Below the pieces are notes generated by a model. It saw only the letters and a program-made list of their open reading frames with translations. It ran no database searches and had not been told where the DNA came from. Both the position numbers and the translations under genes were made by a program. Of a stretch of 17,738 nucleotides of DNA, positions 1 through 6,576 are shown piece after piece. Source of the DNA: Candidatus Fermentibacteraceae bacterium (GTDB lineage Bacteria; Fermentibacterota; Fermentibacteria; Fermentibacterales; JCC-6); contig JAWLEP010000017.1 in assembly GCA_041686025.1 (NCBI GenBank), positions 30,521 through 48,258 of the forward strand, written 5' to 3'. Position 1 is the stretch's first letter. Every line of letters starts with the position of its first letter.

Positions 1-89
1 GGACTGGAGTTTGCGGCAGCAAACTCCCTCGCTCAAACAGGCAAGGCGGAACGGGACTGGAGTTTGCGGCAGCAAACTCCCTCGCTCAA
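1..89. repeat. Two identical 36-nt direct repeats (1-36, 54-89) separated by 17 nt, each with an internal 9-bp palindrome; may continue left of the window
   Basis: GGACTGGAGTTTGCGGCAGCAAACTCCCTCGCTCAA occurs at 1 and 54. Internal stem is GGAGTTTGC-GGCA-GCAAACTCC. Spacer is ACAGGCAAGGCGGAACG. Confidence 0.9.
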
Positions 90-117
90 GGGGGAGGCAG
101 TAGCCTCCCCCTTGAGC
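84..117. repeat. Perfect 15-bp inverted repeat (hairpin) just 3' of tRNA-Arg; possible terminator or processing structure
   Basis: GCTCAAGGGGGAGGC-AGTA-GCCTCCCCCTTGAGC. It has no clear U-tract on either strand. Confidence 0.7.
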
Positions 118-119
118 CG

Positions 120-196
120 TGGTACGCCCGACAGGATTCGAACCTGTGACCTGCGGATTAGAAGTCCGCTGCTCTGTCCAGCTGAGCTACGGGCGC
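120..196 (-). tRNA. tRNA-Arg (anticodon TCT), CCA encoded
   Basis: The reverse complement GCGCCCGTAGCTCAGCTGGACAGAGCAGCGGACTTCTAATCCGCAGGTCACAGGTTCGAATCCTGTCGGGCGTACCA folds as a cloverleaf. A20, the Arg identity element, is present. Confidence 0.97.
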
Positions 197-208
197 ATCG
201 CGTAGGCT

Positions 209-237
209 ATTCTAGCCAAAGAGGCTTCGGCGGGCAA
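209..237 (-). promoter_or_regulatory. sigma70-like promoter for tRNA-Arg
   Basis: Minus strand TTGCCC (237-232), 17 nt, TAGAAT (214-209), ending 12 nt upstream of the tRNA 5' end. Confidence 0.7.
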
Positions 238-250
238 CGCGGAGGGTACC

Positions 251-280
251 GAAAGGGGCGCCCGCAAGCCGGGCGCCCCT
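251..280 (-). terminator. Probable intrinsic terminator after tRNA-Lys
   Basis: 11-bp stem AGGGGCGCCCG/CGGGCGCCCCT with a 5-nt loop and a short T-run on the minus strand, 2 nt past the tRNA-Lys CCA. Confidence 0.65.
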
Positions 281-282
281 GC

Positions 283-358
283 TGGTACGTCCCCCGGGGA
301 TCGAACCCGGAACCTACGGATTAAGAGTCCGTTGCTCTGCCAGTTGAGCTAGGGACGC
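283..358 (-). tRNA. tRNA-Lys (anticodon CTT), CCA encoded
   Basis: The reverse complement GCGTCCCTAGCTCAACTGGCAGAGCAACGGACTCTTAATCCGTAGGTTCCGGGTTCGATCCCCGGGGGACGTACCA folds as a cloverleaf. Confidence 0.97.
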
Positions 359-363
359 ATCGG

Positions 364-440
364 TGGGGTGGGAGACCGGACTCGAACCGGCGACCACCTG
401 AACCACAATCAGGGGCTCTACCAACTGAACTACTCCCACC
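364..440 (-). tRNA. tRNA-His (anticodon GTG) with encoded G-1, C73 and CCA
   Basis: Reverse complement G-GTGGGAG...CCTGA-TT-GTG-GT-TCAGG...GGTTCGAGTCC...CTCCCAC-C-CCA. The G-1:C73 pair is the His hallmark. Confidence 0.97.
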
Positions 441-451
441 AGAGCGGGCTG

Positions 452-480
452 ATTCTACAGGAAGAGGCGCAAATCGTCAA
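452..480 (-). promoter_or_regulatory. sigma70-like promoter for tRNA-His/tRNA-Lys
   Basis: Minus strand TTGACG (480-475), 17 nt, TAGAAT (457-452), followed by a GC-rich discriminator. Confidence 0.8.
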
Positions 481-524
481 CCAGAGGGACACTGCGGGGC
501 GGCGCGCTCTGGGGGCGACGGATG

Positions 525-553
525 TTGACGTCTGCTGGCCCGCAGGCTACGGT
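525..553 (+). promoter_or_regulatory. Candidate promoter for nrdR, divergent from the tRNA promoter
   Basis: TTGACG (525-530), 17 nt, TACGGT (548-553). The -10 match is weaker. Confidence 0.5.
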
Positions 554-592
554 AAAGCCACTGGCCAGCGAGGGAACGGGAGGTCTGCGGAG

Positions 593-1045
593 ATGCGCTG
601 CCCCAGATGCGGAAGCAACGAGGACCGGGTGATAGACTCGCGCCTGGTCCAGGAGGGCCGGGCCACCCGGCGGAGGCGGGAGTGCGCCGACTGCGGCAAG
701 CGTTTCACCACCTACGAGTACATAGAGACCTCCTATCCGGTAGTGGCGAAGAAGGACGGCAACCGCGAGCCCTTCGACCCCAAGAAGCTGGAGAAGGGCA
801 TCGCCCGGGCCTGCGAGAAGAGGCCGGTCTCCCCGCAGGAGATCCGGGAGATGGTGGACCGGATAGTGGCGGAGATAAACGACCGGTTCCCCGACGAGGT
901 GGGATCGGAGTTCATCGGGGAGCGCGTGATGGTGCACCTGCAGGAGCTGGACCAGGTTGCCTACGTCCGCTACGCCAGCGTCTACAGGCAGTTCAAGGAC
1001 GTATCGCAGTTCCGGGAGGAGCTGGACAGGCTGCTGAAGGAATAG
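593..1045 (+). CDS. nrdR: Transcriptional repressor NrdR (150 aa)
   Basis: N-terminal zinc ribbon MRCPRC...VIDSR...RRRRECADCGKRFTTYE and ATP-cone with LDQVAYVRYASVYRQF. SD GGGAGG at 578-583. The ORF-track start at 368 overlaps tRNA-His and is rejected. Confidence 0.97.
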   Translation: MRCPRCGSNEDRVIDSRLVQEGRATRRRRECADCGKRFTTYEYIETSYPVVAKKDGNREPFDPKKLEKGIARACEKRPVSPQEIREMVDRIVAEINDRFPDEVGSEFIGERVMVHLQELDQVAYVRYASVYRQFKDVSQFREELDRLLKE

Positions 1046-1173
1046 CCTCCCGGGACCCTCCCGACGGCGGCGGTTTCTGCATATACTTTCGCGTTACTGA
1101 CTAAGGTATCCCCCGTTCCGCCGGCGCCTGTCCGGCCGCGCGGCACCGGGTTCCCTCGGGGCGTCATGTCCCG

Positions 1174-1182
1174 TGGTACAAT
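1174..1182 (+). promoter_or_regulatory. Candidate extended -10 promoter for the rnf operon
   Basis: TG-G-TACAAT about 65 nt upstream of the rnfC start. No clear -35. Confidence 0.45.
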
Positions 1183-1246
1183 GTCTTTTCATGCAATACA
1201 TCGGGTCGGCCGTCCCGGAGGGGCGGTGATGTCGGCAAGGAGGCAT

Positions 1247-2557
1247 ATGGGCAAGGTCAAGACTTTCTCCGGCGGCACCCATCCGCCGGGCAGCAAGGAC
1301 CTGTCCTCCTCGGGGGCCATCGAGAGGCTGCCGGCGCCGGAGCTGGTAAGGGTATCCCTCTGCCAGCACCTGGGCGCGCCCTCGAAGCCCCTGGTGAAGA
1401 AGGGGGACAGCGTAACCAGGGGGCAGGAGGTGGCCGAGCAGAACGGCTTCATAAGCCTTCCCACCCACTCCCCGGTGAACGGAACCGTGGTGAAGGTGGA
1501 GGACGCTCCCATGCCCCATCGCAGGAGCGGGCCCTCGGTGCTGATCAAGACCGAGTCCGAGGAGGGCGGACGGGTCTTCGAGCCCTGGGAGGAGTTCCGG
1601 GCCCACAGCCCCGAGGAGATCATCGAGCGGATCAAGAAGGCCGGGGTCTGCGGCATGGGGGGCGCCAGCTTCCCCACCTACGTCAAGCTGTCGCCGCCTC
1701 CGGGCAAGGAGATAGACACCCTCATACTCAACGGCGTGGAGTGCGAGCCCTATCTGACGGCAGACCATCGGCTGATGCTGGAGCAGGGCGAGGACGTGAT
1801 CCTGGGAATGGAGATGCTGGCCTACGCCCTGGGCGTGGAGAACCCGGTGATCGGCATAGAGGTGAACAAGCCCGACGCCATCGAGCACATGGAGTCGCTG
1901 GGTGCCACGGTTGTGCCCCTTAAGGTGAAGTATCCCCAGGGGGCGGAGAAGCAGCTGATCGACGCCCACACCGGCCGGGAGGTCCCCGCCGGGGGGCTGC
2001 CGCTGGACGTGGGCGTGGTGGTTCAGAACGTGGGCACCGCCAAGGCCGTGGTGCAGGCTGTCCGCGACGGCATGCCCACCATGGAGCGGGTGGTTACGGT
2101 GACCGGCCGGGGCATCAACGAGCCCTCCAACCTCCTGGTGCAGGTGGGGACGCCGTTCAGTGAGCTGGTGGAGGCCGCCGGCGGCTACGCCGACGACGTT
2201 GTCCGCCTGATAAACGGCGGCCCGATGATGGGCATAGCCCAGTACACCGACGACGTACCGGTGATCAAGGGCACCAGCGGCGTGCTGGCCCTCTCTTCCG
2301 AAGAGGCCCGGCAGTCGGTGGAGGCCCCCTGCATCCGCTGCGGCAAGTGCGTGGATGCCTGCCCCATGAGGCTGGTACCCAGCCTGATCGCCCGCTCGGC
2401 GGAGTACGAGCAGTGGGAGCAGGCCGAGAGGCAGGGGGCCCTGAACTGCATGGCCTGCGGGACCTGCAGCTACATCTGCCCCTCGGGCCGCTACCTGGTT
2501 CACTACATAAAGAGGGCCCAGGAGATGATCCGGGCCCTGAAGAAGAAGGAGGCGTAG
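1247..2557 (+). CDS. rnfC: Rnf electron transport complex subunit C (436 aa)
   Basis: Motifs FSGGTHPP, QHLGAP, AGVCGMGGASFPT, LILNGVECEPYLTAD, KYPQGAEKQLI, GGPMMG, plus two 4Fe-4S motifs (CIRCGKCVDACP, CMACGTCSYICP). SD AGGAGG precedes ATG 1247. Confidence 0.96.
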   Translation: MGKVKTFSGGTHPPGSKDLSSSGAIERLPAPELVRVSLCQHLGAPSKPLVKKGDSVTRGQEVAEQNGFISLPTHSPVNGTVVKVEDAPMPHRRSGPSVLIKTESEEGGRVFEPWEEFRAHSPEEIIERIKKAGVCGMGGASFPTYVKLSPPPGKEIDTLILNGVECEPYLTADHRLMLEQGEDVILGMEMLAYALGVENPVIGIEVNKPDAIEHMESLGATVVPLKVKYPQGAEKQLIDAHTGREVPAGGLPLDVGVVVQNVGTAKAVVQAVRDGMPTMERVVTVTGRGINEPSNLLVQVGTPFSELVEAAGGYADDVVRLINGGPMMGIAQYTDDVPVIKGTSGVLALSSEEARQSVEAPCIRCGKCVDACPMRLVPSLIARSAEYEQWEQAERQGALNCMACGTCSYICPSGRYLVHYIKRAQEMIRALKKKEA

Positions 2558-3646
2558 ATGGCTGAGTCGAGAACATTCGAGCTGGCCATGTCGCCTCACG
2601 TGGAGGGGCCCCGGACCACGCGGAAGGTCATGACCGACGTGGTCATCGCCCTGCTGCCGGCGGCGGCTGCCGCGGTTTACTTCTTCGGCCTGCGCGCCCT
2701 TCTGCTGGTAGTGCTGAGCGTGGCGGCGGCCATGGCGGCCGAGTACCTGTGCCTGAAGTTCATGAAGAGGCCGGTGAGCTTTGCGCTGGACGGCAGCGCC
2801 GCGGTCACCGGAATCCTCCTGGCCTTCAACGTGCCCTCCAGCGTGCCCTGGTGGATTCCCATACTGGGGTCGGCCTTCGCCATAGTGGTGGGCAAGCAGG
2901 CCTTCGGCGGAATCGGCCACAACATCGTCAACCCCGCCCTGCTGGGCAGGGCGTTCCTGGTGGCCAGCTTCCCGGTGCTGATGACCGCCGGCTGGCCGGC
3001 GCCCTCCGGATACAGCGGGGGCACCTGGTCCACCAGCGGAATCAGCCAGGAGCGGCTGGCGGAGATACCGGGTGCCGACGCCATAAGCGGGGCCACCCCC
3101 CTGAACCTGATGAAGCAGACGTTCGACGAGGAGGGGATGGAGACCCGCATGGGCGAGGGCGCCCCCGAGAGGGTCAGGGAGGAGCTGAGCTCGCCGTCCA
3201 CCTACTGGAACCTGCTGGTGGGCAGGATCGGCGGCTGCCTCGGCGAAACCTCGGGGATTCTCCTCATCCTGGGTGCGGCATACCTGGTGGCCCGGGGCGT
3301 GCTGGAGATCCGGCTGCCTCTGAGCTACCTGGGCACCATCGCCCTGCTGGGATGGGTTTGGGGCGGCGCCGGCTGGTTCGACGGCGATCCCCTCTTCCAC
3401 GTGCTGGCAGGCGGAGTGCTCCTGGGAGGCTTCTTCATGGTCTCCGACATGGTCACCACTCCGGTGACGAAGAAGGGACGCATCATCTTCGGCATCGGGG
3501 CGGGAGTGATAACCATGGTGATCAGGCGGTGGGGCGGATACCCCGAAGGGTGCTCCTACTCCATACTCCTGATGAACCTGGTGACCCCTCTCATAGACCG
3601 CTACACCAGGCCGCGGGCGCTGGGGGAGGTGAGGCAGGATGGGTGA
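2558..3646 (+). CDS. rnfD: Rnf complex subunit D (362 aa)
   Basis: SPH motif, FGGIGHNIVNPAL, FMN-attachment motif SGATPL, GCLGETS, FFMVSDMVTTP, GGYPEG. Multiple hydrophobic segments. Confidence 0.96.
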   Translation: MAESRTFELAMSPHVEGPRTTRKVMTDVVIALLPAAAAAVYFFGLRALLLVVLSVAAAMAAEYLCLKFMKRPVSFALDGSAAVTGILLAFNVPSSVPWWIPILGSAFAIVVGKQAFGGIGHNIVNPALLGRAFLVASFPVLMTAGWPAPSGYSGGTWSTSGISQERLAEIPGADAISGATPLNLMKQTFDEEGMETRMGEGAPERVREELSSPSTYWNLLVGRIGGCLGETSGILLILGAAYLVARGVLEIRLPLSYLGTIALLGWVWGGAGWFDGDPLFHVLAGGVLLGGFFMVSDMVTTPVTKKGRIIFGIGAGVITMVIRRWGGYPEGCSYSILLMNLVTPLIDRYTRPRALGEVRQDG

Positions 3647-4238
3647 GATCCTGAAGCTGGGTTTCGTCCTGATGGCCGTCGCCCTTCTGGCGGCCATCGC
3701 CCTGGGATTCGTCAACAGCAGGACAGAGCCCGTTATCCGCGAGCAGCAGAGGCAGCAGCGCATAGAGGCCATGATGCAGGTGGCCGGCTCCCTTTCGGAG
3801 ACGGTGCCGGCGGAGGAGATGGCCTACGACACGCTGGACATCGGGGCCAACCCCTACGCCGCCGTGGACGAGAGCCTCACCGTGGCCCGCTTCTCCGGCC
3901 CCGCCGACGGACCGCTGGGGTACACCTTCATTGCCTACGGCAAGGGCTACTCCAGCACCGTCCAGACCATGGTGGCGGTGGACCTGTCCGGAACGGTCAC
4001 CGGAGCCACCATCCTCTTCCAGCAGGAGACCCCCGGCCTGGGGGCCAAGTGCGAGGGAGGCTGGGTGGATCAGATGATAGACAAGACCGCCGAGAGCTGC
4101 TCGGTGGTGAAGGACGGCGGTGGCGTGGAGTCCATTACCGGGGCCACCATCACCTCCCGGGCCGTGAGCGAGTCCATACGGGACGGCCTGGAGGCCATGG
4201 AGTCCGAGGGCCTCTTCGGGGAAGGCGGTGAGCGATGA
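3639..4238 (+). CDS. rnfG: Rnf complex subunit G (199 aa)
   Basis: N-terminal TM anchor, GKGY, ETPGLG and FMN motif ITGATITS. Overlaps the rnfD stop. Confidence 0.94.
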   Translation: MGEILKLGFVLMAVALLAAIALGFVNSRTEPVIREQQRQQRIEAMMQVAGSLSETVPAEEMAYDTLDIGANPYAAVDESLTVARFSGPADGPLGYTFIAYGKGYSSTVQTMVAVDLSGTVTGATILFQQETPGLGAKCEGGWVDQMIDKTAESCSVVKDGGGVESITGATITSRAVSESIRDGLEAMESEGLFGEGGER

Positions 4239-4840
4239 GTCTGGCAGCTGTTTTCACCAACGGGATCTACAGGGAGAACCCGGTCTTCAAGCTCACCCTG
4301 GGCATGTGCCCCTTCCTGGCGGTGACCACCTCGGTGGAGAACGCCCTGGGAATGGGAGCGGCTTCCACATTCGTGCTGCTGTGCTCGAACTTCCTGGTCT
4401 CCCTGTTCCGCAACGTGATACCCAACAAGGTGAGGATCCCCTGCTACATCGTCATCATAGCCACCTTCGTGACGCTGGTGGACATGGTGATGAACGCCTA
4501 CGTACCGGCTCTGCACAAGAGCCTGGGCATCTTCATTCCCCTGATAGTGGTGAACTGCATCATACTGGGGCGGGCGGAAGGCTTCGCCAACAAGAACCCC
4601 GTGATGGCCTCACTGGCCGACGGCCTGGGAATGGGCGTGGGGTTCACGCTGGCCATGGTCCTGCTGGCCACCTTCCGCGAGCTGCTGGGCAACGGCACCT
4701 GGCTGAACGTCAACCTGCTGGGGCAGGCCTTCCGCAACCAGCCCCTGCTCATCGCCATACTGGCGCCGGGGGCCTTCATACTGATGGGGTTCATCATGGG
4801 TACCTTCAACATACTCGAGAGCAGGGGGGGTGAGCGCTAG
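4235..4840 (+). CDS. rnfE: Rnf complex subunit E (201 aa)
   Basis: ENPVF..LGMCPFLAVT, LGIFIPLIVVNCIILGRAE, RELLGNG, LAPGAF. ATGA overlap with rnfG. Confidence 0.96.
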   Translation: MSLAAVFTNGIYRENPVFKLTLGMCPFLAVTTSVENALGMGAASTFVLLCSNFLVSLFRNVIPNKVRIPCYIVIIATFVTLVDMVMNAYVPALHKSLGIFIPLIVVNCIILGRAEGFANKNPVMASLADGLGMGVGFTLAMVLLATFRELLGNGTWLNVNLLGQAFRNQPLLIAILAPGAFILMGFIMGTFNILESRGGER

Positions 4841-5483
4841 CATGAACGCCACGCTTCTGATGACGACGATGCTTGCGGCCCCCGAGGACGGGGGCGGGGG
4901 CAGCTTCGCCAGGCTGATGACCATAGCCATCGGGGCCGTGCTCATAAACAACTTCGTGCTGATGCGCTTCCTGGGCATCTGCCCCTTCCTGGGAGTGTCC
5001 AAGCAGCTGGACTCGGCGGTGGGCATGGGCGCGGCGGTGATATTCGTGATGACCCTGGCCACTCTGGGTTCGTGGACCGTATACCACCTGCTGCTGGCCC
5101 CCATGGGCCTCACCTACCTGAGGACCATAGCCTTCATACTGATCATCGCCTCGCTGGTTCAGCTGGTGGAGATGGTGCTGCAGAAGTTCAGCCCGGCGCT
5201 GTTCAACGCCCTGGGCATCTACCTGCCGCTGATCACCACCAACTGCGCCATCCTGGGAATGGCCGTCCTGAACATCGAGGAGAAGTACAACCTGGGCGAG
5301 TCGCTGGTGCATGCCGTTGCCGCCGGCATCGGCTTCACCCTGGCCCTGGTGATAATGGCCGGGCTGCGGGAGCGGCTGGAGATGGCCGACCTGCCGCCGG
5401 CGCTGAAGGGCAAGCCCATAGCGCTGGTGGTGGCGGGGGTCATGTCCATAGCCTTCCTGGGCTTCGCGGGACTGGGGGGATAG
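4830..5483 (+). CDS. rnfA: Rnf complex subunit A (start uncertain: GTG 4830, ATG 4842 or later)
   Basis: NNFVLMRFLGICPFLGVS, LGIYLPLITTNCAILG, MAGLRERL, MSIAFLGFAG. Confidence 0.94.
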   Translation: MSASMNATLLMTTMLAAPEDGGGGSFARLMTIAIGAVLINNFVLMRFLGICPFLGVSKQLDSAVGMGAAVIFVMTLATLGSWTVYHLLLAPMGLTYLRTIAFILIIASLVQLVEMVLQKFSPALFNALGIYLPLITTNCAILGMAVLNIEEKYNLGESLVHAVAAGIGFTLALVIMAGLRERLEMADLPPALKGKPIALVVAGVMSIAFLGFAGLGG

Positions 5484-5485
5484 GC

Positions 5486-6544
5486 ATGAGCGCTGCAGCC
5501 ATTATCACCCTGTCTGTTCTGGGCCGGCAGTCGCTGGCCTCCGCGGTGGCCGAGCCTGCAGCGGTACTGGGGGCCGTTGGGCTACTGCTGGGCCTGGGTC
5601 TGGCGGTGGCGGCCAAGAAGCTGGCGGTGCCCAAGGACCCGGTGGCAGAGAAGGTCGAGGAGGTGCTTCCGGGGGCCAACTGCGGCGGCTGCGGCTACCC
5701 TGGCTGCCCGGCCTTCGCCGAGGCCGTGGCCAGGGGAGAGGCCCCGGCCGACGGCTGCGTGGCCGCCGGTTCGGCCACCAACGCCAGGATCGCCGAGATC
5801 GTGGGGGCGGAGGTCTCCGAGAGCGTCCGGCAGATTGCCAGGGTGAAGTGCCACGGCGGCCACTCCGCCGCCGACGCCTTCCGCTACCACGGCCCCGCGG
5901 ACTGCGCATCGGCCATGCTGGTCATGGGCGGGCACAAGGCCTGCGCCGCAGGCTGTCTGGGATTCGGCGACTGCGTTGCCGTATGCCCCTTCGACGCCAT
6001 TCACATGGGCGAGGACGGCGTCCCGGAGGTGGACGCCGAGAAGTGCACCGCCTGCGGCAAGTGCGTGGAGGCCTGTCCCAAGGACCTGATCATGCTGTGG
6101 CCGGAGAACCGCGCCGTCTGCGTGGAGTGCAGCAACACCGAGAAGGGCGGCGTGGCCCGGAAGCAGTGCTCGGTGGCCTGCATCGGCTGCCGCAAGTGCG
6201 CCAAGGTCTGTCCCGTGGACGCCATCACCATGGATGGCTTCCTGGCCTCCATCGACCCCGACATCTGCATCAACTGCGGCCTGTGCGCCAGGGAGTGCCC
6301 CACCGGGGCCATAGTGGACACCGCCCCGGCCAGGCCCAGGGCTTACATAGACAGCAACTGCATAGGCTGCACCATATGCGCCAAGGTCTGCCCGGTGGAC
6401 GCCATAGAGGGCGAGCCCAAGGAGCGGCACCGCGTGGACGACGAGAAGTGCATAGGATGCGGGCAGTGCGTTCCCAAGTGCCCCAAGAACGCCATTCGCC
6501 TGGTGGGCGCCCTGTCCTATCAGAAGGAGGGCTGCGAGGACTAG
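5486..6544 (+). CDS. rnfB: Rnf complex subunit B, polyferredoxin type (352 aa)
   Basis: TM anchor, LPGANCGGCGYPGC, CLGFGDCVAVCP and five CxxCxxCxxxCP motifs. ATG 5486 lies 2 nt after the rnfA stop; the longer track ORF overlaps rnfA. Confidence 0.94.
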   Translation: MSAAAIITLSVLGRQSLASAVAEPAAVLGAVGLLLGLGLAVAAKKLAVPKDPVAEKVEEVLPGANCGGCGYPGCPAFAEAVARGEAPADGCVAAGSATNARIAEIVGAEVSESVRQIARVKCHGGHSAADAFRYHGPADCASAMLVMGGHKACAAGCLGFGDCVAVCPFDAIHMGEDGVPEVDAEKCTACGKCVEACPKDLIMLWPENRAVCVECSNTEKGGVARKQCSVACIGCRKCAKVCPVDAITMDGFLASIDPDICINCGLCARECPTGAIVDTAPARPRAYIDSNCIGCTICAKVCPVDAIEGEPKERHRVDDEKCIGCGQCVPKCPKNAIRLVGALSYQKEGCED

Positions 6545-6576
6545 GTCCCGGGCCTTCCACACGGGGAGGAACCGCC

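Noticed and set aside
1..89. Calling the repeats a CRISPR array
   Set aside because: Only two copies are visible, the spacer is 17 nt, and there is no typical repeat end, AT-rich leader or cas gene in the window. Kept as an unclassified repeat.
120..440. Integrative element at the tRNA cluster
   Set aside because: No integrase, transposase or duplicated tRNA 3' end in the window. An element left of base 1 cannot be excluded.
64..592. ORF 64..324 and the N-terminal extension of ORF 368..1045
   Set aside because: They are antisense to tRNA genes and promoters. NrdR homology and the SD start at ATG 593.
2555..2560. rnfC TAG immediately followed in frame by the rnfD ATG (possible amber readthrough fusion)
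   Set aside because: AGGAGG lies just upstream of the rnfD start, which fits ordinary translational coupling. No pyrrolysine genes are visible.
1094..3772. 892-aa minus-strand ORF, and other long antisense or alternate-frame ORFs (7731..9110, 8294..9976, 9159..10778, 13985..15781)
   Set aside because: Shadow ORFs over well-supported genes, expected from stop-codon scarcity in GC-rich DNA. No recognisable motifs.
5072..6576. Apparent fusions or long N-termini of RnfB (from 5072) and SelA (from 5848)
   Set aside because: The extensions are out-of-frame translations of rnfA and rnfB with Arg/Pro/Gly-rich composition. Proper starts exist at 5486 and 6577.
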